Assembly: GCA_951406725.2 (NCBI GenBank)
Contig: OX597823.1
Location: 90,458,001 to 90,522,000, forward strand
Length of the DNA stretch: 64,000 bases
Direction of reading: 5' to 3'
DNA from: Octopus vulgaris
Taxonomy: Eukaryota
Part shown: positions 39,121 through 52,204 of the stretch, in pieces
Layout of the letters: every line of letters begins with the position of its first letter
How positions within the stretch are numbered: position 1 is the stretch's first letter
Position numbers and translations under genes: made by a program
Notes under the pieces: model-generated
Seen by the model: the letters and a program-made list of their open reading frames with translations, nothing else
What the model was told of the DNA's origin: nothing
Database searches by the model: none

Positions 39121-40332
39121 GAAAAATGAATTTTGTTTTTATGAGTGTGTGTATGTGTGTGCATGTGGAGTATATGTGTCTGTGTAAAGTTTATACACAT
39201 GTGCCTACGTGAGCTTTTGTTCTCGTGTTAAACTGCATGTAATGTATATGCTTTTATGTGCATGTGTGAGTTTGTATGTGTGGGTTTGCATACACATATA
39301 CACATATGTATTCATACACACACACACACATATAGACATACATACACACATACAAATGTGTGTGTGTGTGTGAGTTAAGTACACATCTGTACAACTAGGA
39401 ATATTTATCAGTGTAGCATTAAACATGACGGCAATATAAATTCTGCAGATCTCATTTTGACCAAGGTGTAATATTTTCAGACTGTTCAGGGATTTGTTCT
39501 AAGTATAAAGTTCCTGATAAGGACCTCACCTTTGCATGAATCACTCAAATAAAATCCAAAATCCTTTACATACCATTTTTTTTTTTATCTTTCTCTCTTT
39601 TCTCTTTCTGTGCTAAAATATTCTCTGTTGGGGGGTTTTATGGCTAAGATAAAAAAAAAACCCCAAAAGCTTGTGAATTCCTGCTTGTTCTTAATGAGCC
39701 CTTTCAATGCATTTGAAGTGAATTTCAAATTTGAATTTAGCTTGAAGAATATCACTTACCCTACAATGAAATCTAGAATCTCTTCAAGAAACCGATTCCA
39801 AAAATAGTCTTTCTTTTATATTTGGGAAATAGTGCCAAGAAATTATTCTATGTGGAGGAATTAGTTACCTGAGGAGATAGCCAAGTTGAAGGCAACTAAT
39901 TCTTATGAATTTACCATGAAGATTTTTACTGTAAAATGCTATAAAACATTAGAACCACCAAATGGAGAGAAAAAAGAGAAACAAGTCTACGAGTTGGTCT
40001 TTTAATCATATCTGTCTATGATTAATGCTTGATATATGATTAATCCTATATCGATGAGTAAGGGGAAGTGGGTTAGTGTACAGGGTGTTGTGGGTTCGAT
40101 TCTTGCACCAGGCAAAGGTGTCACTTTCACACCTTTTAATTTCAATTGTCATTGATAAACAACACAGGATCGTCACAGAATTCCCAATACTTAATTTACC
40201 AACCACAACATTATTGTCATTATGTGTGTATGTGTGTGTGTATATATTATATATTTTTTTATTTTGCTTATGACAATTTTTTTATTCTTTTGTTATTCTA
40301 ATTTCTTATGCCTTGTGTGTGCGTGTGTATGT

Positions 40333-40367
<35 letters not shown>

Positions 40368-40541
40368 TTTAATAATAGAAGGGTAAAATTTATTAATTAA
40401 ATCAATTAATTAATCAATTAATTAACAATTTTACCAAGTAGATCAGTACGTTAAAATAACCTTTATAGGTAAAATTATCCACATAATTGTAATTAGGGCT
40501 AACTGCAGTTAGCTGAAACCTAATTATAATTATGTATGTAT

Positions 40542-40578
<37 letters not shown>

Positions 40579-40585
40579 AATATAT

Positions 40586-40625
<40 letters not shown>

Positions 40626-40672
40626 ATAGATAAATAAATAGATAAACAGATAGATACACATTATACATACAT

Positions 40673-41070
40673 ATTCTTTTACTTGTTTCAGTCATTTGAT
40701 TGCAGCCATGCTGGAGCACAGCCTTTAGTTGAACAAATCGACCCCGGGACTTATTCTTTGTAAGGACTTAGTTACTTTTGCTGAACTGCTAAGTTATGGG
40801 GATGTAAACATACCAACATTAGTTGTCAAGCAATGCTGAGGGGGACAAACACAGACACACTCACAAATATATACATACATACAAACATATATATATGCAT
40901 ATACATATATACGACGGGCTTCTTTCAGTTTCTGACTACCAAATCCACTCACAAAGCTTTGGTTGGCCTGACACTATAGTAGAAACACTTGTCCAAGGTG
41001 CTACACAGTGGGACTGAACCTGGAACTATGTCGTTGGGAAGCAAGCTTCTTACCACAGAGCCACTCCACA
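40673..41070 (-). mobile_element. Full family A SINE
   Basis: Matches the other copies. Confidence 0.85.
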
Positions 41071-41925
41071 CACACACACAGATACATATAGACATATTCA
41101 CAATTAAGACCATACTTTTATACACACACACATATTCATATAAGTACATATACACGTGTAGTACATATACATGCACACATGCTTACACATACTTTGGCAA
41201 TAATTTATTAGTTCTGTTTCTTTGTAGTTTGTGAAAATGCTCTTTCTACATTCTCATTCATTTCATTCATCCATTTCATTTATTCGTTTCTTCCCTAATT
41301 CATTCAGGTATTCATTTCTTCTTTTCACTCTCTTTCTCTTTTTCCAACTTCATTCACTCTCTCTCACGCATTTTTATTTCATTTACATCTTTACAATAGA
41401 AACAAGGAAATATTGGTGAACATGTATATATATATATAAATATGTATAAATCAACATGTACACATCAACATGTATATGTAAACATGTATATATACATATA
41501 AACATGTATATATAAACAATATTGTTTGAGAAGGCCCAGTCACAGATGCTGTCTTTTGTGTGGTGTCAGATCTTTCTGACAGCTCATCACATCATAATTG
41601 TGAAAATGAAATTGAATAATCCTATAAAAGAAGATTAAAGATTAAAAAAAAAAAATGGTAAGCTAAAAAAAAAATCAAATAATAAAACTAATCAATTTTA
41701 GTTAAATATTGGTTCTTAATTTAGTTGCATCTTGCTTTTTATGATGGAATTTATGATGGAATTGGTCCTGTCATGTAAAAGTATGTTCTGTATAAGACTA
41801 ACATCCAATTTTTCACAAGCTAACGAGAGATCCTTTATACTGTAACTTTGCCTGCTAGAAATAGTAGCTAAAGTGTCCTTCAACTTGCACAATATACCAG
41901 CTTCATGCTATTGTTACATTATTGG

Positions 41926-42316
41926 AGTAAAGATTGTTTGTCAACATAACATGGCAGTCCTGGTTTAGGACGAATGCTGCTGTAATTTAGCCCCAGGTGA
42001 CATCGTCTCCAGCTTGTTATACAACATGATCTGCGTCTTTATATTTTCGAACAAGGGCATTTAGCACCCCCACTCAGCTCAAAACAATATCTGTGTATCG
42101 TGATTTCTGGGTTATTTCTCTTCATCAGCACAGAATAATTGCGATACACAGATATTGTTTTGAGCTGAGTGGGGGTGCTAGATTCCCTTGTTCGAAAATA
42201 TAAGGACACAGATCGTGTCGTATAACCAGTTGGAAATGATGTCTTCTGGGGCTAAATTACAGAAACATTCGTCCTAAACCAGGACTGCCATGTTATGTTG
42301 ATAAACAATCTTTACT
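41926..42316. mobile_element. Fold-back element: 175-bp inverted arms around a hammerhead
   Basis: Arms 41926-42100 and 42142-42316, about 15 mismatches; minus-strand HHR 42090-42134 TCTGTG-CTGATGA-agagaaataaccca-GAAA-TCACGA-TA-CACAGA. Confidence 0.8.
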
Positions 42317-42589
42317 ACAAAGTACTGTTGCTGAATATCTCTCGTTGTGAGATTTAAAAATACTAATTTTCTAATGTTACCATATTGTTTATAAATTTAG
42401 GAACAAGGCCAGCAAGTATGTCTGTTGATTACCTCAGCCCCAGTATTCAACTGGTACTTCTTTTATCGACCCTGGAAGGATGAAAGGCAAAGCTAACTTT
42501 GATGGGATTTGAACTCAGAATGTAAAAATGGATGAAATGCTTCTAAGCATTTTACTTGGAGTGTTATTGACTTTGCCAGCTTGCCCCTC

Positions 42590-43060
42590 TGCTCTTCTTA
42601 CAATATTGCTATTGAAATTCACTGCCCTTGTTTTAATTAATTTTGAAAATAGGAAAAAATTTAGTAAAACAGCTTTATTATTATTATTACTAAGCTGGTG
42701 TTTGGAATATGAATTAGCAGAAAATTTAAACAGGTTTTAATTTAAATCACTTAATTTAAATCAGTTTGTATCATAGAACCAGGGGTGGTCTCAGGTTGAG
42801 ATTGGGATTTAAAGGGTTAAATCACACCCTACTCTTATTGGTTGATGTTGTTCAGGATTCAATGAGATTGAACAAAAAAATGACTGGATGGGCATAGTTG
42901 GGATGCCTTTGAACATAGGCTAACCCTTTTGTGACCATATTTCTGTTGAAATAGATTGCCCATTTTACAATTAATTTTGAAATTAACGAAAAAGTATTTA
43001 TTGAAATAACATTTATTGTTTTCAAGATGGTGTTTGGAATATAAATCAACTTGAAATTTC
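42590..43060. mobile_element. piggyBac-like MITE fragments
   Basis: AAAGGG-TTAA end at about 42820 and TAACCCTTTT start at about 42921; two similar internal segments. Confidence 0.5.
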
Positions 43061-43605
43061 AATGCAATTGGAGCTTTGTATCTTTCTTAGTCAACATAAG
43101 CTCTTTTCTTCCAGGTAAAATAAACATCAGGGATGCTTTGCCTCATGCAGGAGCTACCCAGGGATTTACAAGTTGTTCTGAATCAATTGCAATGTTGGAA
43201 AACCTTCCCTGTCAACAGCAAGTGTCTCAAAGTCACAAGCGTTTCATGCCTTAGTGGAACAGCACTTCACTTGAGTGGGACAGTAAGGACTTTTGTTCTC
43301 TTTCCAACCGTAGCCATCTTCAGCTAGTTTCAGCTGCTGTGCCTATTTCCTACATGACTTTCTTCAGTTGTATGGGTTCCAGTCATATCTTCTGCAGGAA
43401 ACAGCACAACGATCTAGCTGGAAAGATGCAACAGATGGCTTCACTGGAGAATGAAACTGTATGCCATTCCTTCACAATTTAAAATAAAAGAGAACAAACA
43501 TATACATATATATATATATATCATCGTATATATATATGTAGGTCCCGGGTTGAGTCGGGGTTAACCACAGTAAATAAGGTACTCAATACATAGCAGAGTA
43601 AATTA

Positions 43606-43737
43606 ATTTATTATATAGAAGGAGCTTCTACAGGACTAGAACTGTTTCATTCAAATGAAATCATCAGGAAGCTTCCTGATGATTTCATTTGAATGAAACA
43701 GTTCTAGTCCTGTAGAAGCTCCTTCTATATAATAAAT
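43606..43737. ncRNA. Perfect 132-bp palindrome encoding a type I hammerhead on each strand
   Basis: Centre AAG|CTT at 43671/43672; plus-strand HHR 43670-43720 AGCTTC-CTGATGA-TTTCATTTGAAT-GAAA-CAG ttctagtc CTG-TA-GAAGCT. Confidence 0.8.
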
Positions 43738-43749
43738 ATATATATATCA

Positions 43750-44050
43750 TCGTCATCATTTAATGCCCGTTTTCCATGCTGGCATGAGTTGGATGGTTCG
43801 ACTGAGGTCTGGGAAGCCAGGGGGCTGCACCAGGCCTCAATCTGATCTGGCAGTGCATCTACAGCTGGATGCCCTTCCTAACACCAACCACTCTGAGAGT
43901 GTAGTTGGTGCTTTTTATGTGCCACCGGCACAGGGGCCAGAGGAGCTGGCATCGACCATGATCAGATGGTGCTTTTTATGTGCTACTAGCAAGGGTATCA
44001 CAACTACAATTTCCATTTGATTTGATGTTGACATTGCTGTTGCTGTTGAT
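43750..44050 (-). mobile_element. RTE 3' UTR copy
   Basis: Reverse complement of 28560-28870. Confidence 0.75.
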
Positions 44051-44053
44051 ATA

Positions 44054-44101
<48 letters not shown>

Positions 44102-44179
44102 AATAAAAGAACATATGCATATATATAAACATATATGTATGTACCTACCTCTACATGTACATATACACGCATATATGTG

Positions 44180-44850
44180 TACAGGACACCAAAAAGACGT
44201 CGAACACATAGAGAGACGAAAAACAAGACACAAACCAAGGAACAGAACAAGAAAAAAAGGGGAGTACAGGACAATGAGCACAACGAAAAAACCCCTTCTT
44301 CAGTCGCTAAGATTTCATCTACTCTACGTTTCGAAGGATAAAAGCGAGACGTATCTTCGAAGAAACTTCCTTCCTGCGAAAAGCAAATCAATTAAAATTC
44401 TGAGATCTTTTCGCAGAGGGGTAAAAAATGGTAAAAAACGCAAGACGGTAACGACAGTACAAACATATAAACAGTAAAAAAATATATATAAACAGTGGAA
44501 AAATAAATATATAACAGTAAGAGACAGGACAAGGAGAACAAGATAAGAAGGGCTGTTTACGCCAGACGAAAAAAGTATTGCAAACGCTGGATTATAGTGG
44601 ACGACGAGAGAGCAGGAATGTCGACCAGTAGCCTTAGAAGGCGGGCGAGAAAAGACAGGATAGCAGTTACGACGGAAGTATCGTCGCAGATGGACGACGG
44701 GAATGGGGGAGGAGGAGCAAGAGGAAGGGAGAGAAGAAGGGGAATGGTGCGAGGAGACCATGAAGAAAGGTGAGGGGGAGAGAGAGAATGAAGAATGAGA
44801 GAGAGAGGAAGAGACAAGTTAAGTGAGGGAAAAAAGACGAAAAAGGGAAT
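44180..44850 (-). mobile_element. Unclassified CpG-rich insertion in a TA microsatellite, possibly a Penelope-type terminal repeat
   Basis: Many intact CpGs; minus strand has TCCTTC-GAAA-CG-TA and a hairpin at 44374-44416; end resembles the 581/27501/57049 elements. Confidence 0.35.
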
Positions 44851-45364
44851 GGAATATACATATATATATTTATATATATACATATATACATACATATATA
44901 CAAACATACATACAAGTACACGTACATACATATACATATATATATGTATATACATACATATATATACACACATACATATATACATACATATACATATACA
45001 TATACACACACACATATATGTATATATATATATTACACATACATATATACATACATACATATATGTATAAAAACACACACACACATGATAGGTTTCCTCC
45101 AACCACCAGCTTCATTCACAAAGTACTGGTCAGCTGCAGGCCACAGTATTATACACCCACCCACAATGAGACCCTGAACTGAAAACCACATGACTGTATA
45201 TAAAGTATTGGTAATATTCTGTGTTTTCATTAGTCACTTATAAAACCTTCCTTATATAGTTGTAGCTGTTTACTGATCTAAGTAATCATTTTGGTGGCAC
45301 AAGACATTCAAGACAACATTTATATCTTACAGTGACATGTCTGCATACAATTTCTATACACATT

Positions 45365-45577
45365 AAGGCAACGAGCTGGAAGAAACGTTAGCACACCGGG
45401 TGAAATGCTTAGCTGTATTTCATCTGTCTTTACGTTCTGAGTTCAAATTCCGCCAAAGTATATTCGCCTTTCATCCTTTCAGAGTCGATAAATCAAGTAC
45501 CAGTTGTGTACTGGGGTGGACCTAATAGCTGGCCCCTCCCCACAAATTTCGGGCCTTGTGCCTAGAGTGGAAAATAT
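45365..45577 (+). mobile_element. Full Meta-domain SINE
   Basis: GGCAACGAGCTGG..GAGTTCAAATTCCGCC..CATCCTTTC..GGGCCTTGTGCCTAGAGTGGAAAA. Confidence 0.85.
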
Positions 45578-46097
45578 TAATGGGATTGCAAACGGAGACA
45601 AAAGGATTTTCACAAAGCTAAATAACTGATTGACTGACAGAATGATTAATCAAACAATTAATCAATTAATTGGTTAGCCAAATAATTAACTGGTTAACCA
45701 AACAACAAATAAATATAGAACCAGTGTGTGTGTGTGGTTATTATTGGCACTGTGATCTTCCCAACATACAACAGAATATCTTTGTTATTGTCATAAAGCA
45801 ATGATAGATCAGCCTTGCAGGAGTTATTAGTAAACAGAAAAGGAATGGCAGCTCCGTGTAATATATTGGAAATTATAATAAGACCTGCATGAAGAAAATG
45901 GTTGCTATTTGAAGCACATTTATTCCTTTGCATGAAACTTTTCCTTGGGGCAGTAGAAGTTTTGATCTTGTTCAGGATTTTCCTCTGTGTTTCAATGCTT
46001 TAATAATATATTCATTATTTCCGTAGGACAATGTCCAAAGTTATCCAGAAAAGATCAATGAAACTACTACTACTACTACTACTTCTTCTTCTTCCTC

Positions 46098-46138
<41 letters not shown>

Positions 46139-46374
46139 GGTATTGAACAGACAGAACCATTATTACATCGGACAAAATGTTTAGTGGCATGTCTTCCAGC
46201 TCTCTGCACTCTAAGTTCAAAAACTATTAAAGTCAACTTTCCCTTTCATCCTTTTGGGAGTCAATAAAATGAGTTCCTGGTTGAGCACTTGGGGTGATTG
46301 CAGTCAACTTGCTGCCCTCCTCTAAAATTACAGGCTTTTTGCCAAAATTTGAAATCATTATTATTATTAAGGTG

Positions 46375-46712
46375 GTGCAAGGCACATGGCTCAGTGGTTA
46401 GAGCGTCGAGCTTACGATTACAAGGTTGTGAGTTCGAATCCTGGACTGGGCTGCATGTTGTGTTCTTGAGCAAGACACTTTATTTCACGTTGCTCCTGTT
46501 CACTCAGCTGTAGAAATGAGTTGCGACATCACTGGTGCCAAGCTGTATCAGCCCCTTTGCCTTTCCCTTGGATAACATCAGTGGTGTGGAGAGGGGAGGC
46601 TGGTATGCATGGGTGACTGCTGGTCTTCCATAAACAACCTTGCCTGGACTTGTACCTTGGAGGGTAACTTTCTAGGTGCAATCCCAGGGTCAGTCATGAC
46701 TGGAGGAGATCT
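46375..46712 (+). mobile_element. CORE-type tRNA(Arg)-like SINE
   Basis: A-box TGGCTCAGTGG, ACG anticodon-like loop, B-box GAGTTCGAATCC, then GTGTTCTTGAGCAAGACACTT..CACTCAGCTGTAGAAATGAG. Confidence 0.85.
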
Positions 46713-46721
46713 CAGCTCAGA

Positions 46722-47371
46722 AAGGCAGCAAGCTGGTAGAATTGTTAGTATACTAGGTGAAATGCTTAGCAGCATTTTGTCTGTCATCATGTTCTGAGTT
46801 CAAATACCACCAGGGTTTGCCTTTCATCCTTTTAGGGTCGATAAAATAAGTACCAGTTGAACACTGGGGTCGATGTAATTGAATGGTCCCTTCTCCAAAA
46901 ATGTCAGGCCTTGTGCCTATAGCAGAAAGGATTATTAAGGTAGTGGGCTGGTAGAGTTGCTTAGCAGCATTTCTTCCCAGTTTTTTTACATTCTGTGTTC
47001 AAATACTACTGAAGTTGACTTTGCCTTTCAGGATTTCAGGGGTCATTAAAATAAGTACAAGCTGAGAACTGGCATGATGTAATCAACTTCCCCCTCCCCT
47101 CAAAATGGGTTCACCTTGTAGTAAAATCAAAAAAAGCTGGCAGAATCATTAGCATGCTGGGCAAAATGTCCAACAGCATTTCTTTTGGGTTTATGTGGAG
47201 TTCAGATGCCACAGAGATCGACTTTACCTTTCATCTTTTTGGGGGTCAATGACATAAGTACCAGTTGAGCACTGGGGTTGATACTGTTGGCAAATCCCCT
47301 CCTCTAAAAATTTCCGACCTTGTGCTTGTAGTAGAAAGGACTATCATTGCTACAACTACTACTACTACTAT

Positions 47372-47435
<64 letters not shown>

Positions 47436-47665
47436 TGCAGCAGCAGCAGTAGTATTAAGGTGGGAAACTGGCTGTATCAGGGCATATAAATATAATGATA
47501 ATAATAATGGTTTCAAATTTTGGCACAAGGCCAGCAATTTGAGGGGCAGAGGTAAGTTGATTAAATCGACCCCTGCACTCAGCTGGTACTGATTTTATTG
47601 ACCCCCGAATGGATGAAAGTTGAAGTTGACGTCGGCAAAATTTGATTCTGCCTGCTCACCACCTT
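46722..47665. mobile_element. Cluster of Meta-domain SINEs
   Basis: Three plus-strand copies and one minus-strand copy of the GCCTTTCATCCTTT..AAGTACCAG core. Confidence 0.75.
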
Positions 47666-47674
47666 ATTAATAAT

Positions 47675-47708
<34 letters not shown>

Positions 47709-47917
47709 ATGATCTTTTTTCCAGAGGGAACTGTGACTAACAAAATAACAGCAACAGAAAAAAACTAATGGAAACGTTGCTTCTTTGGCTCAATAAGAAG
47801 ATTAGCTGCCATGTGACGTGACACACACATACACACACACACATTACAATTACACACAAACATGTGTATATGTGTGTGTGTGTATGTAGTCTCAAATATA
47901 TATATAAATATTCACAA

Positions 47918-47966
<49 letters not shown>

Positions 47967-48294
47967 TATATGCATATATATATATATATATATATGGATA
48001 TATATATGTATATACACAGATGTATGTATATATATATATACACACACATACATATATATATGTATATATATATTCACTTATATATGTATCTACATATGTA
48101 TGTACATGAGTGTTTGTGTAAACGTATAAACATACATCATACGTTTATACACATGTATGTGTGTGTGTGTGTGTATATATATATCAGTATAATTTTTTTC
48201 ATTTAATTCATTTATTTATAAAAATGCTAATACTAATAATCAGTAATAATTTATTTATCATCATCATCCTCATTGAGATCATCATTACTATCAC

Positions 48295-48342
<48 letters not shown>

Positions 48343-48481
48343 TGTATTTAGTTTATGAATTTTTCAGGTTTTTTCTTTCAATTCCTAACCTATTCATTGA
48401 GTTGTCTATCTTTCTATTTGTATTTATTTAATTCACTGTATCGGTTTCAGAATCTGTTTATTTATCACCATCTTGATGGTG

Positions 48482-48526
<45 letters not shown>

Positions 48527-48747
48527 TTCATTATTTCTTTGATTTGAAATTGTATTATGCATTGCTGTTTTTTTTCTTTTTGGGGTTTCCTGTTTTCAAA
48601 TTTTCAATCATTTAAATTTTATTTTATTTCATTTATTTTTTTGCATTTCATACATTTGCATCGTATTTTATTTATTCATATATTTATTCATTTATTTATT
48701 TTTCTTTCTTTAGCATCGTTTTCTTTTTTTTTTTTTTAAATATACAG

Positions 48748-48846
48748 CGGAATGTCTTAACTTTGTACGAGGAGATTGATAACGGATTATATTTAGTGAA
48801 TAACGAGGTGGAAGATGAGAACGATTTTAATGATATTTCCAACTAA
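48748..48846 (+). other. Candidate terminal coding exon
   Basis: Long T-tract plus TACAG acceptor, then RNVLTLYEEIDNGLYLVNNEVEDENDFNDISN-stop; no homology recognised. Confidence 0.25.
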
Positions 48847-49932
48847 TTTATATTCATAGAATTTAGTTGAGATTATTTCATAGAGAAAAATATGAACTAT
48901 CTCCGAAAATGTCATTCTTATCAGCTTTCATTGCAAAGGTTACATTTATGAATGTGTGTGTATATTTATATATATGTATGTGTGTATATATTTATATTTA
49001 TATATATATATATATATATACACACTCACATATATATATATACACATATATATATACACACACATATATTTGTAATTATACATGTATGTATGAATGTATA
49101 TGAGACTTCATAATCATCCTCACCATTTTCATTTATACATCCGCTTTTCCAGGTGGGCATGGTTAGGGTGTGTCTTTTCTTTAGCACAGTTTTCCTTCCC
49201 ATTCACTGCAATCGTTTACAATTTCCTTTCTGAGCATCCACCTCATGGAATCATTTGTCAACACTTCTCTTTATGTCAGGTCACTTGTGAGGTGTTTTTC
49301 ATGAGTGCTATTGGCAACTTGGGATCCAGTACAACCTGTTGCATGGCCAGGTCGTTGGTGACTAAACCTGCACTCCCACTAGGACAGCTTGGTGAGGGAG
49401 GGTTGCTGGAAACCCAGCAGGACTGAAAATAAGACCTGACCAAAAGACAGATGAACCTAGTGTATGTTTAACAATATCTAGCAACAGCACAATCTTAGTC
49501 TGACTACTAAACCCTTCCCCTCTGACACTCATAAATACATAAAAACCAAAAACAATATATGCTTCATTATGTTTTATTATGCATGTGTACACTTGCACAT
49601 ACATATTTATGTACACACACACACATACACACATAGATATGTTCATATATCTATATATCTTAGAAATTCCAAGTTGGTGTCTGGTGTGCAGGAAACCATC
49701 TTAGCTTTTGTTCACCATCTTAGCTTTTTGTTAATTGCTGATCCTCTGTTTAAATGGACCCTTAATTTATAAGGGTATAAAACAAATATTTGACACAAAT
49801 ATTGATTTCTGTATGATCTGTATCAAACAATGAAGCTTGTTCTTAACGCGTATGCAGTCTGCATGAAACGAATTTAAATGATGCCCTTCCTAACACCAAC
49901 CACTCAGCACCACCACCATGTCTGTGCATATA

Positions 49933-49980
<48 letters not shown>

Positions 49981-50040
49981 CACACATGAATGAATGGACA
50001 AATGAAAAAAGGGCACTCAACAAATTTATTGGGAGTTACA

Positions 50041-50219
50041 TGTATGGATCAAAACAGTTTTATTCAAATTCGTTGGTACTCTTGAGTTTCAAGAATGATG
50101 ATAGTCATGAGCCATTTCGAATTTGAATTTGAATCAAATTCAAAATGGCTGATGACTAGCATCATGCTTGAAACTCAAGAGTACCAACAAATTTGAATAA
50201 AACTGTTTTGATCCATACA
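50041..50219. mobile_element. Fold-back element with an intact hammerhead core in the right arm
   Basis: Arms 50041-50126 and 50134-50219; HHR 50146-50186 TGG-CTGATGA-ctAGCAtcaTGCTt-GAAA-CTC aa GAG-TA-CCA. Confidence 0.8.
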
Positions 50220-52204
50220 CATACATACATACAAACATACATACATATATACATACATATATACATGTGTGTGTGTGTGTGCGTGTGTATACAAACACAT
50301 ACATACACACAGAGATTCAGACAGTCACACATATGCTTATGTGCATATATATTTCTGCTCAACCTTCACATCTTTCTTCCTTCCTTCCTTCTTTCTTTCC
50401 TTCCATTCCTGTAGATGTATCTATTTGGTCTTTCATCTTTAATGACAAGAATCCATTTTGCTAATTGCTTAATAGTGGTGATGGTGGTGGTAGTGGGGAT
50501 GGTTGTAGTGGTAGTGTTAGTGATAGAAGTGATGATGGTGGTGGTGGTGGGAAGACAAAAACAAGAAAAAGTAGAAAGATGAAAAAGCAGATGCAATAAA
50601 ACAACAAAACAACAGCAGCAGCAGCAAATGATAGGAATTAAATTGCTGTTATGTGACACCTGTAGAAGTGAAACCTTGATTTAAAGTGCTTCAAAATGTG
50701 TAAAGGTGAGTATTTATGTGTGTGGGGGTGTGAGTACATGTATACATGTATGTGTGTGAGTGTTTGTGTGCATGTATGTGTATGCATGTGTAAAAGTGTG
50801 TGAGTGCGTGTGTTTATGTGTGTGTGTATATATGAGCGCATGTGTGTTTGTGTGTGGGTGTATATATATATATATACATACATATGCACAAGAGTGCATG
50901 CACATTTGCATGCATCTGTGCATGTGTGTGAGTACATGTATATATGTTTGTTAGTATGTGTGTGTGTATGAGTGCATGTATGTGTGTGAGTGCAATATGC
51001 ACATGTGTCTGTATATGTGTATATAATTAATCAGTCACAGAAGAACGATGGTGTCATGACCTTTGCATCTTCCTCCTCGACTCAGTGCTTCATGTGCAGT
51101 TCTCACTTCTCATAGTTTGATGCCTTCAGCAAAAGAGACTCTGTGTAGGAAGTAGGGTGGAGTACCAAAAGGTCGTAATGAAACTGTTATGCAGAAAAAT
51201 TGGGATAAAATTGTAAAAGGGTTTCGTAGGGAGCATACGAGATGTCACAGAGATGGTGATAGTGTTGTTTAGATGATCAAGGACTGTCCAGCCATGCCCA
51301 GCTATCTTATATTAAGATATTGCATTCAAGACTACATTATCAAATGTGTCCGTCATTGCTTAAGATGGCAGAGATTGTAGTGAGGTGGGGTGGCCTAGTG
51401 GTTTAGGGTGTTGCACTCAGGATTGCAAGGTCCTTGTTTCAATTCCTGGGCCAGGCTGTGCATAACGTTCTTGAGCAAAATCTCCCCATTTCACATTGCT
51501 CCAGTTTACTCAGCTGTAAATGAGTTCCTGCAAAATCTAGGGAGTTAACCCTGTGATGGACTAGCATTCTATTCTGGGGGAAGTGTTATAATCTCAATCA
51601 CTTATATCATGCAAACCAGTTTAAGCCCTGGATTTATCATTCCTAGGGTGCATGATGTACTTATGTTTAAGTGATTTGTTAGAGATTTTACTTCTATTAC
51701 AATCAGAAGCTACAACCAGATTTCCACTATACCAAAGCTGCTCATTAATTAGTTGGAATTATGTAAATTTTACTAAAAGAAAGCTATTGTTAAAGTCTAC
51801 AACTGTACAAATAGTTCTTTAAAATTTTAATTTTAATATATTTTTATCAAAATGTGATTTTTTTAGTTTCTGTATTATTGAAGATTTCAATCACAAAAAA
51901 CTAATTTTAATTCATTGTGAAGTTCTGTTCTTTACACTGCAAAATAGCTTTCCCTCTTTGTCCACTATTTCTCTCTCTCTCACTCTTATAGTTAGGATGA
52001 TAACATGAAATCTGTTATAAGTCTCAGATAGTTAATTTCTCCAATGAGATTGCTGTTACTGTTATTGTAGTTCATATGATGAACAAGAATAAAAAATATT
52101 ATTTCCCATCTCTGTACATATGTAATTGCGTGTTTATAGAAGGTTCTTAATATTAAAATGTACAAATGTGTGTGTGTGTATGTATATATGTATATATACA
52201 TACA

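Noticed and set aside
40060-40210. tRNA-like GGTTCGATTC..CCA, or mini-LTR TGTTGTGG..CCACAACA
   Set aside because: No cloverleaf and no TSD
43050-43480. Coding-like composition, possibly a transposase remnant
   Set aside because: Stops in all frames I read and no recognisable motif
46375-46450. tRNA-Arg gene
   Set aside because: It is the head of a multi-copy SINE and lacks a proper acceptor stem
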